Source of the DNA: Candidatus Melainabacteria bacterium 17Bon1m
GTDB lineage: Bacteria; Cyanobacteriota; Vampirovibrionia; Obscuribacterales; Obscuribacteraceae
Reading direction: 5' to 3'
DNA length: 64,000 bases
NCBI GenBank assembly: GCA_032128875.1
Contig: JAVLKG010000001.1
Location: 192,001-256,000, forward strand
Part shown: piece after piece, positions 29,657-39,772 of the stretch
How positions within the stretch are numbered: the first letter of the stretch is position 1
Layout of the letters: each line of letters opens with the position of its first letter
The notes under the pieces: model-generated
Databases searched by the model: none
What the model saw: the letters and a program-made list of their open reading frames with translations, nothing else
What the model was told of the DNA's origin: nothing
Program-made: the position numbers and the translations under genes

Positions 29657-32443
29657 CTATTTTTTCACGGCTGCCATATTGTGAGCGAGACGGTGCATTG
29701 GATGCGGATCCAACCAAACGTCTTCGTCCATCAGGGCTTGCATACCCATGAGGTTTGCCACCAGTCCTGTCCAACCGGTCTGGTGCGATGCACCAAGCCC
29801 GGCACCATTGTCCCCTTGGAAGTATTCGTAGAAGAGCGTGAGGTCTTTCCAGTAAGGATCGTCTTGAAACTTTTCTGTGCCACCGTAGACGGGGCGTTCG
29901 CCCTTCTCGTTTTTCAGAAAGATTCGACTGATTCTATCGATGATATCGTTGGCGCATTCGTAAAGCGTGCACATCTTGCCCGAGCCTGTCGGATACTCGA
30001 TCTTGAATTCCTTGCCGTAATAGCAATAGTAGGTCAGCAACGCGCGAACGAGCAGGAAGTTGACCGGCAACCAGATTGGTCCGCGCCAATTTGAGTTGCC
30101 CCCAAACATTCCTGTATCAGATTCACCTGGTACATAATCCACTCTGAATTCAACACCATCGTGATTGATGACAAACGGATTTTCCTGGTGATACTTGGAC
30201 AAACTGCGAATTCCGTAGTCGCTGAGAAATTCGTTTTCGTCGAACATGCGCTTGAGAATTTTCCGCAGCTTTTTCTCGTTGCACACAGCCAACATACGCC
30301 GGTTTGCAACACCGGTCTCGAGAGGCAAGTGTAAGTTGGCGCAAACCTCTTTCTGCCGCTTTAGAAAATGATGAGCTTTGTCAATGAAGCCCGGTACGTT
30401 TCTCCAGACCTCTTCTTCTGCCACCACTACTGATGCGAGTGGCAAGAGCCCCACGATCGAGCGAACTTTGAGACGCTTGGCTTGTCCGTCGGGCAAACGC
30501 AGCACGTCATAAAAGAATCCGTCGTCTTCATCCCATAATTCATCGCGGTGCACACCGGGTCTATCCATGGCGCTTGCGATCCAGACTGTGTGCTCGAAAA
30601 ACTTAAGCGCAAATCTTTCATACAACGGATTGTCTTGCGCGAGTTCGAGCGCAATGTTCAGCATCTGCTGGCTGAAGAAAACCATCCAAGCTGTTCCGTC
30701 TGCTTGTTCGAGACTTCCGCCGGTTGGCAGCGCGTGACTCCTGTCGAATACGCCGATGTTGTCCAAGCCGAGAAACCCACCTTCGAAAACGTTATGTCCA
30801 CGCGGATCTTTGCGGTTGATCCACCAGGTGAAATTGACGAGAAGTTTGGAGAATGCGTATTTGAGGAAATCGCGGTCGCCGATTCCTTGGTGCTGGAATT
30901 TATCAAAAAGGTACGCCCAGTATGTGGCGAATGCATGGACAGGTGGATTGACATCACTGAAGTTCCATTCGTATGCGGGGATTTGTCCGTTTGGATGGAG
31001 ATATGAGCTTTTGAGCATCATCTCTAATTGTGTTTTTGCGAAGTCTGGATCAAAAAGGTTGATCGACAAAACGTGAAATGCGAGATCCCAGGCTGCATAC
31101 CACGGATATTCCCATTTGTCCGGCATGGAAATGATGTCTTCGTTATACATGTGAAACCATGCGGAATTGCGCATCTGCTTGCCGCCTGGTCCGGACATTG
31201 GAAAGTGGTTGTGCTCGCGCAGCCACTGGTCAACGTCATAGTAGAAGAACTGTTTGTTCCACATCATCCCTGCCAGTGCGGATCTGAAAATTGGAAATCT
31301 CTCTTTGTCCTCTACCAATTTGGGTGGAGCAATTGATTTGAAGAATTCATCCGCCTCGCTCATGCGTAATGACATGATGGTGTCAAACTCTTCCATCGGC
31401 TTGCTCAGTTCTTCCTTACTGAAGCGCAGTTTGATGGTTTTCGACTTGCCGGCGCCGACTTTCAATTTGTAGTGCCCCGACATTTTTGTGCCGGTTTTTG
31501 CGGGATTTACCAAGTGTTTTTCGTTGTGCACAACATACATGTTGATGCCGTCTTTTACGAACTCGCTCGCATTCGGAGAGTTGAAGATAAGGTCATTGTT
31601 TGTTTCGTTTTCAGTGAACAACAACTCGGGATCGCCATCGAAATAGATGTGATACTCGCAAAAGTGTTCTGCCAGATTCGGATCTTGATGCTGCGCAATC
31701 GCCATCTCACGCCCGCCTTTATTCAAGCCGCGGATGAGTGGCTTTGCGCCGGTTTCTTGCGACCATGACCACGTATTGCGAAACCAGAACGTGGGCAACA
31801 AGTCGATGCTGTGCTCTTCTGGTCCGCGATTGTGCACGGTGATTTGAATGAGCATATCTTCCGGCGAACCCTTCGCATACTCGATGAAAACATCGAAATA
31901 GCGGTCATCATCAAAAACACCCGTATCTATAAGTTCGTACTCCAAGTCTAGTTTCCCGCGCTTGGCGTTGTTGGCGATAAGCTGCTCGTACGGAAATCCA
32001 TGCTGTGTGTACTTGTACAAGTACTTCATGTAAGAGTGCGTAGGTGTGCTGTCGAGATAGAAGTAATACTCTTTGACGTCTTCGCCGTGATTGGCTTCGG
32101 CATTTGTCAAACCAAATATGCGCTCTTTGATAATCGAATCCTTGCCATTCCACATGCCAAGCGCGAAGCAGAGCAGTTGCTTGTCGTCGCTGATGCCGCC
32201 GATGCCGTCTTCTCCCCAGCGGTAAGCCCGGGAGCGGGCGTGTTCGTGGGGAAAGTAGCTCCACGCGTTGCCGTCTTCGCTGTAGTCCTCGCGCACCGTT
32301 CCCCACTGGCGCTCACTCAAGTATGGACCCCACTTTTTCCATGGCGTGCCGTTTTCGCGCGCGTCCAGAAGCCGCCTCCTTTCCGCGCTATTGGATGTGG
32401 TTTGCGCACCGGCGCCGGGATTCCCAGAGTGTTTGTCAGCCAT
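29657..32443 (-). CDS. GH63-like (alpha/alpha)6 glucosidase (MGH1/YMR196W-like)
   Basis: WGPYLSERQWGTVREDYS, MPDKWEYPWYAAWDLAFH, GNSNWRGPIW, GASHQTGWT. Confidence 0.9.
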   Translation of the reverse strand: MADKHSGNPGAGAQTTSNSAERRRLLDARENGTPWKKWGPYLSERQWGTVREDYSEDGNAWSYFPHEHARSRAYRWGEDGIGGISDDKQLLCFALGMWNGKDSIIKERIFGLTNAEANHGEDVKEYYFYLDSTPTHSYMKYLYKYTQHGFPYEQLIANNAKRGKLDLEYELIDTGVFDDDRYFDVFIEYAKGSPEDMLIQITVHNRGPEEHSIDLLPTFWFRNTWSWSQETGAKPLIRGLNKGGREMAIAQHQDPNLAEHFCEYHIYFDGDPELLFTENETNNDLIFNSPNASEFVKDGINMYVVHNEKHLVNPAKTGTKMSGHYKLKVGAGKSKTIKLRFSKEELSKPMEEFDTIMSLRMSEADEFFKSIAPPKLVEDKERFPIFRSALAGMMWNKQFFYYDVDQWLREHNHFPMSGPGGKQMRNSAWFHMYNEDIISMPDKWEYPWYAAWDLAFHVLSINLFDPDFAKTQLEMMLKSSYLHPNGQIPAYEWNFSDVNPPVHAFATYWAYLFDKFQHQGIGDRDFLKYAFSKLLVNFTWWINRKDPRGHNVFEGGFLGLDNIGVFDRSHALPTGGSLEQADGTAWMVFFSQQMLNIALELAQDNPLYERFALKFFEHTVWIASAMDRPGVHRDELWDEDDGFFYDVLRLPDGQAKRLKVRSIVGLLPLASVVVAEEEVWRNVPGFIDKAHHFLKRQKEVCANLHLPLETGVANRRMLAVCNEKKLRKILKRMFDENEFLSDYGIRSLSKYHQENPFVINHDGVEFRVDYVPGESDTGMFGGNSNWRGPIWLPVNFLLVRALLTYYCYYGKEFKIEYPTGSGKMCTLYECANDIIDRISRIFLKNEKGERPVYGGTEKFQDDPYWKDLTLFYEYFQGDNGAGLGASHQTGWTGLVANLMGMQALMDEDVWLDPHPMHRLAHNMAAVKK

Positions 32444-32825
32444 CGCTTCCTCTACCTTTGCAGCGGGGGTGAAACAGCATATATAGGTTTATATGACTCC
32501 AGTAATGTGCCACACGCGGGATGTCAATCTAATCACCCTCCCACATTAATTGCAGAAATCTTCGCGATTGTTACCTGGGCAACGTTTTGGTTCTTATCCC
32601 TTTCAATTTGGCTTCTTATTCCCTTCGATTTTGCAGTCAAGTGGATACCGAATTACTTGAGAGGTAGGTACTCTCTAGAGCTGGATTAAATGCCGGTTTC
32701 GGCGAATTTAATCGGTAAATTCTGCAACAAAACGCCTATTTGCAAAGCAGTTAGTACAAATTAGTACTAAAATCCCTGAATTGCCGTTGGGCAAGATTAG
32801 CCCCCTCACCGAAGAACGGAAAAAG

Positions 32826-33683
32826 ATGAAACTCAAACAACTGCCTTTAGCCCTCGCACTTGGAGGTGCACTTATGGTTAGCACTGCTGCATTTGCAGAT
32901 ACTGCAAAAATTGAATTCCCTGCAGCCAGCCCGCTCTGCACTATGAAGCAGCGTGTTGGTTTGACTGATGTCGAAATCTCCTACTCCAGACCCGGAGTCA
33001 AAGGGCGCAAGATTTTCGGCGACATGATTCCTTATGGGAAGGTTTGGCGCACTGGCGCTAACGCCGCGACAAAGCTGGTCTTCAGCACGGACGTCAAGCT
33101 CAATGGGCATGATGTTCCTGCCGGTACTTACGCTCTGATGACCATCCCAGGCAAAGACGAGTGGACTGTCATCATCAACAAAGGCTCCGAGCAATGGGGC
33201 AGCTACAAGTATGACGAGAAGAACGATGTCGTCCGCTTCCAGGTCAAGCCAGTCGAGCTTGCTCATTCATTGGAAACGCTGACCTTCGATATCGAGAACA
33301 TCAAAGACGAGTCTGCTGACCTTGATTTGGTCTGGGCAACAACAAAGGTGCCGATCAAATTGGAAGTCAATTTTGTTGATAAGTTGACGAAGCAAATCGA
33401 AGCTGAAATGTCTTCGGACAAAAAAGAAAAGCCGTACTTCCAAGCTGCTAACTTCTGGTTCAACCACGACAAAGATTTGCAGCAAGCGAAGAAGTGGGTC
33501 GACGCGGCGGTTGCCGAGAAAGACGCTTTCTACATCGTGCACTTGCAAGCTAAGATTCTCGCCAAATTGGGCGACAAGGCTGGTGCATTGGCAGCGGCTA
33601 AGCACTCGACCGAACTCGCACAAAAAGCGAATGACACTGCATACGTGAAGCTCAATGAGACTCTCATCAACAGCTTGCAATAA
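32826..33683 (+). CDS. DUF2911 domain secreted protein with TPR-like C-terminus
   Basis: ASP...QRVGLTDVEISYSRPGVKGRKIFG...PYGKVWRTGAN; signal peptide from ATG 32826. Confidence 0.88.
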   Translation: MKLKQLPLALALGGALMVSTAAFADTAKIEFPAASPLCTMKQRVGLTDVEISYSRPGVKGRKIFGDMIPYGKVWRTGANAATKLVFSTDVKLNGHDVPAGTYALMTIPGKDEWTVIINKGSEQWGSYKYDEKNDVVRFQVKPVELAHSLETLTFDIENIKDESADLDLVWATTKVPIKLEVNFVDKLTKQIEAEMSSDKKEKPYFQAANFWFNHDKDLQQAKKWVDAAVAEKDAFYIVHLQAKILAKLGDKAGALAAAKHSTELAQKANDTAYVKLNETLINSLQ

Positions 33684-33689
33684 GGTGCG

Positions 33690-36314
33690 ATGAGGTTGTC
33701 CATTAGTTGGTCACTGAATTCGAAAGAGTGGCGTTGTGCATTCATCTCTTTGATGTGCGCGACGTCACTCTTTTCGAGTGTAGCGCAGAGCTATGCGGCG
33801 GTGCCCGAGGGAAGCTCGACCAACGCTGTTTCAAAAACTGTTTCTAAATCCAGCTCTGCTTTAGGAGTCAAGATGAAGAGTGATTCTCCCCAAGCGATTC
33901 TGCACGAACTGGAAAGTTTTCGGCAGATGGGCAGCGTGTTGTACATTGCCGCCCATCCCGACGATGAAAACACCGAGTTGCTTGCGTATCTAGCACGCGG
34001 GCGTAATTACCGAACCGCATACTTGTCTTTGACTCGTGGCGATGGTGGGCAGAATGTTTTGGGTGCAGATCTTGGTGCGAAACTCGGCGTCGCTCGCACG
34101 CAGGAGCTTTTGGCTGCAAGGCAGATTGATGGTGCGCAGCAATTTTTCTCGCGCGCCAAAGATTATGGATTTTCAAAAAACTATCTGGAAACGATGGAAG
34201 TCTGGGACAAGCAAGAAGTGCTGTCCGACATTGTTCGCGTGATTCGAACCTTTCGACCTGATGTGTTGATTACGCGCTTTTCGCCCAGCCCTGGTGGAAC
34301 TCACGGGCACCACACAACTTCCACAATTTTGGCGATGGAAGCATTCAAACTCGCCGGTGATGCAAATGCTTTTCCCGAGCAGAAGTTGGAGCCGTGGCAA
34401 CCGAAGCGAATCTTCTGGAATGCCTCTATCTGGCAGAAAGACAAAATAACTGACCAGACGGTTTGGAAGATTGATGCAACAGGCAATGATCCTGTTTCTG
34501 GTGAGAGCTTCCATTCAATCGCGAGCGAGAGCCGGGCGATGCACAAGACCCAAGGGTTTGATACTTTCAAGCTGCCTGGTGGTAATGGTGAAAAACGGCT
34601 TGAGTCCTTTCAGCTTTTAGATGGTGCCTCTATCGAGAAAGACATCATGGATGGTGTCGACACGAGTTGGCATCGTGTCAATGGTGGCGATGCAATTGAG
34701 AAATCAGCCAGCGAGATAATCGCGAAATTTGATATCAATGATCCAGCAAAGAGCGTTGGGGCTGTGTTGGAATTGCGCAAGCAACTGGCACAACTAATGC
34801 AGACGCCGGCTAATAGCAATGATGTTGTCTTAAAAGAGAAAGCCGAGCTTCTTGATCGTATTTTGCGGTCATGCATTGGATTGAGTTTTGAGACCACAAT
34901 TGCAAATGCGGAGATGGTTCCTGGCGAGTCAATGAAGATGCACTTGTCGGCATGGCTTAAGTCGAAATTACCTGACAAATTGCAAGTAAAATGGCTTGAT
35001 GTGCAGTTTCCCAAACTAGGCGCTAGCGACAGCACTCTTAAGGTGAATCAGACACTTGATCAACCGAGAAGCGTAGAAACTACAAAAATTCTCCCTGCAC
35101 AAACACCTCTAACTCAGCCATATTGGTTGACTTCCGAAGGGACGCCGGGAATGTTTCATGTTGATGTTCCTGCTTTGATCGGAACCGCCGAGAATTCTCC
35201 TGCGTTCCCCGTGTATGGAACCTTCCAAATTGCGGATCAAACATTGGTAGTTCATGATGAACCGCTGCAAGTGTCTACGGATTCGTTGGGTAACCGCATT
35301 CGACGTCGACTTGATGTGATACCGCCAGTCTCGTTGCATTTCCTCTCGGACGTTATAGTGATGAAGCCGGGAATGACGCGGTCTGTGGAAGTAGAGTTAC
35401 GTTCGTCGCGCGCTAATACAAAGGGCTCTCTGGAGCTGGAAGCACCTTCAGATTGGAAGATAGATCCGAAGAAGCAAACATTCAATCTAGCTGATGTGGG
35501 CGAAACCGCGAAGTTCACTTTCACTGTCACAGCGCCGAATAATGCAGCGACAACTAAGATAACGGCAAGTGCAGAAGTCGATGGCGAGCGCTATCACAAT
35601 CAAAGACAAATCGTGAGCTATGCACATTTGCCGCGCCAGCTCTTGCAACCACCCGCGGTGATGAATGCTGTCAGCTTTGATCTTGCTACTCGCGGACATA
35701 CTATTGGATACCTGCCTGGTGCCGGTGACAGTCTTGTGGAAAACCTGCAGCAGATGGGCTACGCAGTGAAAATCCTCGATGATGCCAATCTAACGGCTAA
35801 GGAGCTCGAGGGGGTCGATGCCGTAGTTATTGGTGTAAGAGCATTCAATGTGCGCAACAACATTGCTAAGGCTATGCCTGCGCTCTTCACTTATATTGAA
35901 AATGGTGGCACGGTAATTGCGCAATACAATCGGCACGACAAATTGAAGGTCGAGAAAATAGCGCCATACGAGTTGCACATTTCCAATGATCGTGTCACCG
36001 ATGAAAAGGCTCCCGTAACATTCCTTGCGCCGGACAATCCTATTTTGAATACGCCAAACAAAATCACGAATGCTGACTTTGAAGGCTGGGTTCAGGAGCG
36101 CGGATTATATTTCCCAAATCAATGGGATGAACACTTTACGCCAATCTTGGCCTTCAGCGACAAGGGCGAACTTCCGCATGCCGGCGGTCTTCTTGCCGCT
36201 CAGTACGGCAAGGGTTATTACATCTACACGGGGCTCGGATTCTTCCGACAGCTTCCAGCAGGCGTACCGGGTGCGTATCGCTTGTTTGCGAATATGGTTT
36301 CGCTAGGGAAGTAG
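33690..36314 (+). CDS. Large secreted PIG-L/LmbE family deacetylase with Ig-like (NEW3-type) and GATase-like C-terminal domains
   Basis: AHPDDE, TRGDGGQN, ARTQELLAAR, HGHH; C-terminal GWVQERGLY...FFRQLPAGVPGAYRLFAN. Confidence 0.88.
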   Translation: MRLSISWSLNSKEWRCAFISLMCATSLFSSVAQSYAAVPEGSSTNAVSKTVSKSSSALGVKMKSDSPQAILHELESFRQMGSVLYIAAHPDDENTELLAYLARGRNYRTAYLSLTRGDGGQNVLGADLGAKLGVARTQELLAARQIDGAQQFFSRAKDYGFSKNYLETMEVWDKQEVLSDIVRVIRTFRPDVLITRFSPSPGGTHGHHTTSTILAMEAFKLAGDANAFPEQKLEPWQPKRIFWNASIWQKDKITDQTVWKIDATGNDPVSGESFHSIASESRAMHKTQGFDTFKLPGGNGEKRLESFQLLDGASIEKDIMDGVDTSWHRVNGGDAIEKSASEIIAKFDINDPAKSVGAVLELRKQLAQLMQTPANSNDVVLKEKAELLDRILRSCIGLSFETTIANAEMVPGESMKMHLSAWLKSKLPDKLQVKWLDVQFPKLGASDSTLKVNQTLDQPRSVETTKILPAQTPLTQPYWLTSEGTPGMFHVDVPALIGTAENSPAFPVYGTFQIADQTLVVHDEPLQVSTDSLGNRIRRRLDVIPPVSLHFLSDVIVMKPGMTRSVEVELRSSRANTKGSLELEAPSDWKIDPKKQTFNLADVGETAKFTFTVTAPNNAATTKITASAEVDGERYHNQRQIVSYAHLPRQLLQPPAVMNAVSFDLATRGHTIGYLPGAGDSLVENLQQMGYAVKILDDANLTAKELEGVDAVVIGVRAFNVRNNIAKAMPALFTYIENGGTVIAQYNRHDKLKVEKIAPYELHISNDRVTDEKAPVTFLAPDNPILNTPNKITNADFEGWVQERGLYFPNQWDEHFTPILAFSDKGELPHAGGLLAAQYGKGYYIYTGLGFFRQLPAGVPGAYRLFANMVSLGK

Positions 36315-36315
36315 C

Positions 36316-38196
36316 ATGAACGGGCTGGACATATTCGTACTCATAGTGTCCATCTGCGCAATCGCATTGTATGGGGTCTGGCACACCAGAAATCGTCGCG
36401 ACCTCGATAGCTATCTCAAAGGAAGTGACCACACACCTTGGTGGGTAATCGGTATATCGGTAATGGCTACACAAGCCAGCGCGATCACCTTTTTGTCCAC
36501 CCCAGGGCAAGGATATCTTGGCGGATTGAGCTTCCTGCAAGTTTATTTTGGTGTTCCGATTGCGATGATAATCATCGCCGCCTGTTTTCTGCCGATCTTT
36601 CACAAACTACATGTCTATACAGCATACGAATATCTGGAGAAGCGTTTCGATCGCAAGACGCGTTTGTTCGGCGCAGGGCTGTTTCTCTTGCAGCGGGGCA
36701 TTGGAGCCGGTCTGACTATTTATGCTCCTGCGATTGTTTTGTCGACAGTATTCGGTTGGTCCTTGCCGCTGACCATCGTAGCGTGCGGACTTATCGCTAC
36801 TGCCTACACCGTATTTGGTGGTACCGATGCGGTTACTGTTACACAGAAGTATCAGATGGCTGTGATTTTTCTTGGTATGACGACTGCTGCAGGCATTTTG
36901 CTCTCGAAGCTTCCTGATGGTCTGACTTTCTTCGATGCGATGAATGTTGCCGGCGGATTTCAAAAGCTGAACGCTGTCAATTTGTCGCCAAGTTTGCACG
37001 AGCGGTATACGGTGTGGTCGGGATTGCTCGGCGGAACCTTCTTGATGCTGTCTTATTTTGGCGCAGATCAATCGCAGGTTCAGCGCTACCTTTCTGGGGA
37101 TTCTCTGCGTGAAAGCCGGCTTGGCTTGATGTTTAACGCGGTCTGCAAAATTCCCATGCAACTGTGTATCTTGATGCTTGGTGTGATGATGTTCGTGTTT
37201 TATCAATTCGAGCGACCGCCGCTGTTCTTTGACTCCGCTGCAAATAATTTTCTCGAGAGTCATCGAGGCGATGCTGTAGTTGCTAAGCAATTGGTTGGGT
37301 ATGAAGCCGAATTCAATAATCTGCACGATCAGGGCAAGCAGCACCTCATAAGTTGGTTGGCTGCGAAGCGCCGAGGAGATGAAAGCACTGCGACCGCTGA
37401 GTTTGTCAGTGCGGCAGTGACCCAGCAAGCAGGTGAGAAAGTGCGGTTGGCGGCGGCAAATGAGGTGACGCAGCTTCAAGCGCAAGGTGTTAGTGCTAAC
37501 ACTGCAATTGAGAAATCCACTGCAACTGAGAGATCCATTGCAACTGAGAGATCCATTGCAACGAAGGAGACTTCTGGCACGCCTTCTGAAAAGCCAGACT
37601 CCAAGAAAAGTAAATCTGTCTCTGCCACCAGTGCGGACTATGTTTTCATAACATTTATATTGCGTGAGCTCCCGCATGGTGCCATTGGTTTGTTGGTCGC
37701 GGCGTTCTTTGCCGCTGCTCTTTCGTCTAAGGCTGCGGAGTTGAATGCGTTAGGAACCTGTACCACCATAGACTTCTATCGATTGTTGATAAAACGCGAC
37801 GCCACCGATGCTGAGTCATTAGTGGCGTCGAAGCTTTTTACGGCTTTCTGGGGCGTTGTCGCTGTCTTCATTGCACTTTACGCACAGCTCTCTGAGAATC
37901 TCATTCAAGCGGTAAACATCCTTGGGTCAATTTTTTATGGTGTGCTGCTTGCGCTGTTCATCGTTGGTTTTTTCTTAAAGCGTGTTGGTGGCACCGCCCT
38001 ATTCTGGTCGGCGGTGATATCACAAACGCTGGTTTGCGTCTTGTACTTCAACCTGACGATTTCGTATCTCTGGTATCCGCTGATTGGTTGTGGCACCTGC
38101 GTGGTGATTAGTCTGCTTCTTCAGCTTGTTTTTGGTAACAACAATAAAAGCCGCAAGGATGCGGCCGTTCGTGGCGAGGTAGTGGAGGCGGCATGA
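36316..38196 (+). CDS. Sodium:solute symporter (SSS) family protein
   Basis: SVMATQASAITFLSTPG, TAYEYLEKRFD, GADQSQVQRYL; many TM helices. Confidence 0.92.
   Translation: MNGLDIFVLIVSICAIALYGVWHTRNRRDLDSYLKGSDHTPWWVIGISVMATQASAITFLSTPGQGYLGGLSFLQVYFGVPIAMIIIAACFLPIFHKLHVYTAYEYLEKRFDRKTRLFGAGLFLLQRGIGAGLTIYAPAIVLSTVFGWSLPLTIVACGLIATAYTVFGGTDAVTVTQKYQMAVIFLGMTTAAGILLSKLPDGLTFFDAMNVAGGFQKLNAVNLSPSLHERYTVWSGLLGGTFLMLSYFGADQSQVQRYLSGDSLRESRLGLMFNAVCKIPMQLCILMLGVMMFVFYQFERPPLFFDSAANNFLESHRGDAVVAKQLVGYEAEFNNLHDQGKQHLISWLAAKRRGDESTATAEFVSAAVTQQAGEKVRLAAANEVTQLQAQGVSANTAIEKSTATERSIATERSIATKETSGTPSEKPDSKKSKSVSATSADYVFITFILRELPHGAIGLLVAAFFAAALSSKAAELNALGTCTTIDFYRLLIKRDATDAESLVASKLFTAFWGVVAVFIALYAQLSENLIQAVNILGSIFYGVLLALFIVGFFLKRVGGTALFWSAVISQTLVCVLYFNLTISYLWYPLIGCGTCVVISLLLQLVFGNNNKSRKDAAVRGEVVEAA
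37501..37570 (+). repeat. In-frame 18-bp tandem repeat in the SSS loop
   Basis: TGCAACTGAGAGATCCAT-type units encoding TAIEKS-TATERS-IATERS-IATKET. Confidence 0.85.
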
Positions 38197-38996
38197 CTTC
38201 TCCTGTTATATGTTTTGGGCAACAACCGTGTGGATTTTATCCGAAGCGGTTTTTGGTATCGAAGATTTTTACTGCACGGAGATTGCAGAAAGAGATCGGC
38301 GGCAAGATAGTATTTTTCTATCATGACAGCGATCACGATCCACGTGAGACGCGCACCATTCTGCGCCACCGCACTACAAATGATCCTGCGCAGCTCAACT
38401 TCACTTTCGAGAACAAAACGCAGCGAAAGTTCTCACCACTTTATGCAAAACGAATTCCAGGCGGTTGGCAAGAAAAGACGATTTTGCAGTTACCAAATTA
38501 CATCGACCACCCATTGATCAATATTTTCAAAGCGACGCACGTAAGTAACGTTGCTGATTTCTGCTTAGAAATGTATCGAGGCATGGGGCTGCTTGAAGGT
38601 ATTGAAGTTGTCAGATCCGGTAGCCCTGAATTCCGTCGCAGCGCCTGTGATATTACTGATTTCTATGTGGATGTTAATTACGACAACGAGATCGTCCGCG
38701 CGCGTGTTGCCGGAAACGTTCTAAAGTTGCATGAAGGCGGCAATGCATTTATCGAGCTGCCTATGGTGCCGTTTTCGAAAGAACAAATCAATCCGACGCG
38801 CGATACTCGTTTGCGCTGGATGCAGTCTGTGATTCATTGCACGCATTATATTGCGGGGGCGGGAGAGCAGGCATATTTGCACAAGGACGAAGCGCCTGAA
38901 ATTGAATTCGTAACACGGGATGAAATAGATTTGTCCGATGAGGCTTACGTAGAACTGCCATCGTCTAGTAAGAAGGAGGAAACTATTGAACATTAG
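38193..38996 (+). CDS. Compact BshC-like protein (putative bacillithiol cysteine-adding enzyme)
   Basis: FGQQP, VFFYHDSDHD and NPT...YIAGAGEQAY parallel the BshC motifs TGQQ, VFW..EDHD and SPN...YVGGPGE.AY; immediately upstream of bshB1-bshA. Confidence 0.65.
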   Translation: MTSPVICFGQQPCGFYPKRFLVSKIFTARRLQKEIGGKIVFFYHDSDHDPRETRTILRHRTTNDPAQLNFTFENKTQRKFSPLYAKRIPGGWQEKTILQLPNYIDHPLINIFKATHVSNVADFCLEMYRGMGLLEGIEVVRSGSPEFRRSACDITDFYVDVNYDNEIVRARVAGNVLKLHEGGNAFIELPMVPFSKEQINPTRDTRLRWMQSVIHCTHYIAGAGEQAYLHKDEAPEIEFVTRDEIDLSDEAYVELPSSSKKEETIEH

Positions 38997-39052
38997 TGAT
39001 ACCATCTTCTCAAGCGTTGTGTCGGATTTTGAGATTTCAGAGGAGGAGAGAA

Positions 39053-39772
39053 TTGAACGAAATTAGTTCTGCTCCTGTGTTGGCTTTTGGTGCGCATCCC
39101 GATGACATTGAGTTCGGCTGTGGAGGCGTGCTTGCGGTCGAGTCGCGCAAGGGACGTAGTGTACATTGCGTAATTTGCTCATTGGGCGAAGCCGCTTCCA
39201 ATGGCACTCCGGAAGGACGCCGTGCGGAATCTATCGCGGCGACCGAATGCCTCGGTGCAACTGTAGAATTCGTTGCGCTGGATGGTGACGCGAAATTAGA
39301 AATTCGCGCAGAACACACCCTCAAACTGGCTGAAGTAATTCGTCGTGTCCGACCATCTACTGTATTAGCGACAACTTGCTTTGAAAATCAACATCCCGAT
39401 CACTGGCGACTGGGAAAGATTGTTCGCGATGCTGCTCGCGTTGCGAGATATGGTGGATTAAAGGATGTGCAAGGCGAACCCCACGCAATCGGGCAGTTGT
39501 TCTATTACGCCGTAACGCCAGAAGGCGAACCTAACAATATTCATCCGATTTTGATCGATGTTTCTTCCTCAGACGTTGTGAATTCGTGGACTGCCGCAAT
39601 GGGCGCGCATGCCTCACAAGGTGCGACGCGCAATTACATTGATTTGCAATTGAATCGGGCTAGGGTTTGGGGTGCGCGCGCCGGCGTCGAATATGCTATG
39701 GCGCTGTTCCCGAATGATCCGCTGATGTTTGAATCGCTCGCTCAGGCGGGTAAAGGAGCGCGAAATTTCTAG
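39053..39772 (+). CDS. bshB1: BshB1-like N-acetylglucosaminyl-malate deacetylase (PIG-L family)
   Basis: AFGAHPDDIEFGCGG, GEAASNGTPEGRRAE, HPDH. The likely start is TTG 39053 after AGGAGG (the ORF track starts at 38996). Confidence 0.8.
   Translation: MNEISSAPVLAFGAHPDDIEFGCGGVLAVESRKGRSVHCVICSLGEAASNGTPEGRRAESIAATECLGATVEFVALDGDAKLEIRAEHTLKLAEVIRRVRPSTVLATTCFENQHPDHWRLGKIVRDAARVARYGGLKDVQGEPHAIGQLFYYAVTPEGEPNNIHPILIDVSSSDVVNSWTAAMGAHASQGATRNYIDLQLNRARVWGARAGVEYAMALFPNDPLMFESLAQAGKGARNF

Noticed and set aside
28081-32443. GH63-like plus GH13 pair as a novel system
   Set aside because: A common glucan/glycogen-metabolism gene pairing; ordinary.
36607-37677. 356-aa antisense ORF
   Set aside because: Shadow of the SSS gene with no motifs; the same applies to most other overlapping short ORFs in the track.
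38986-39066. 26-codon mini-ORF after an AGGAGG between the BshC-like gene and bshB1
   Set aside because: It looks like a degenerate duplication of the bshB1 start region; no evidence of function.
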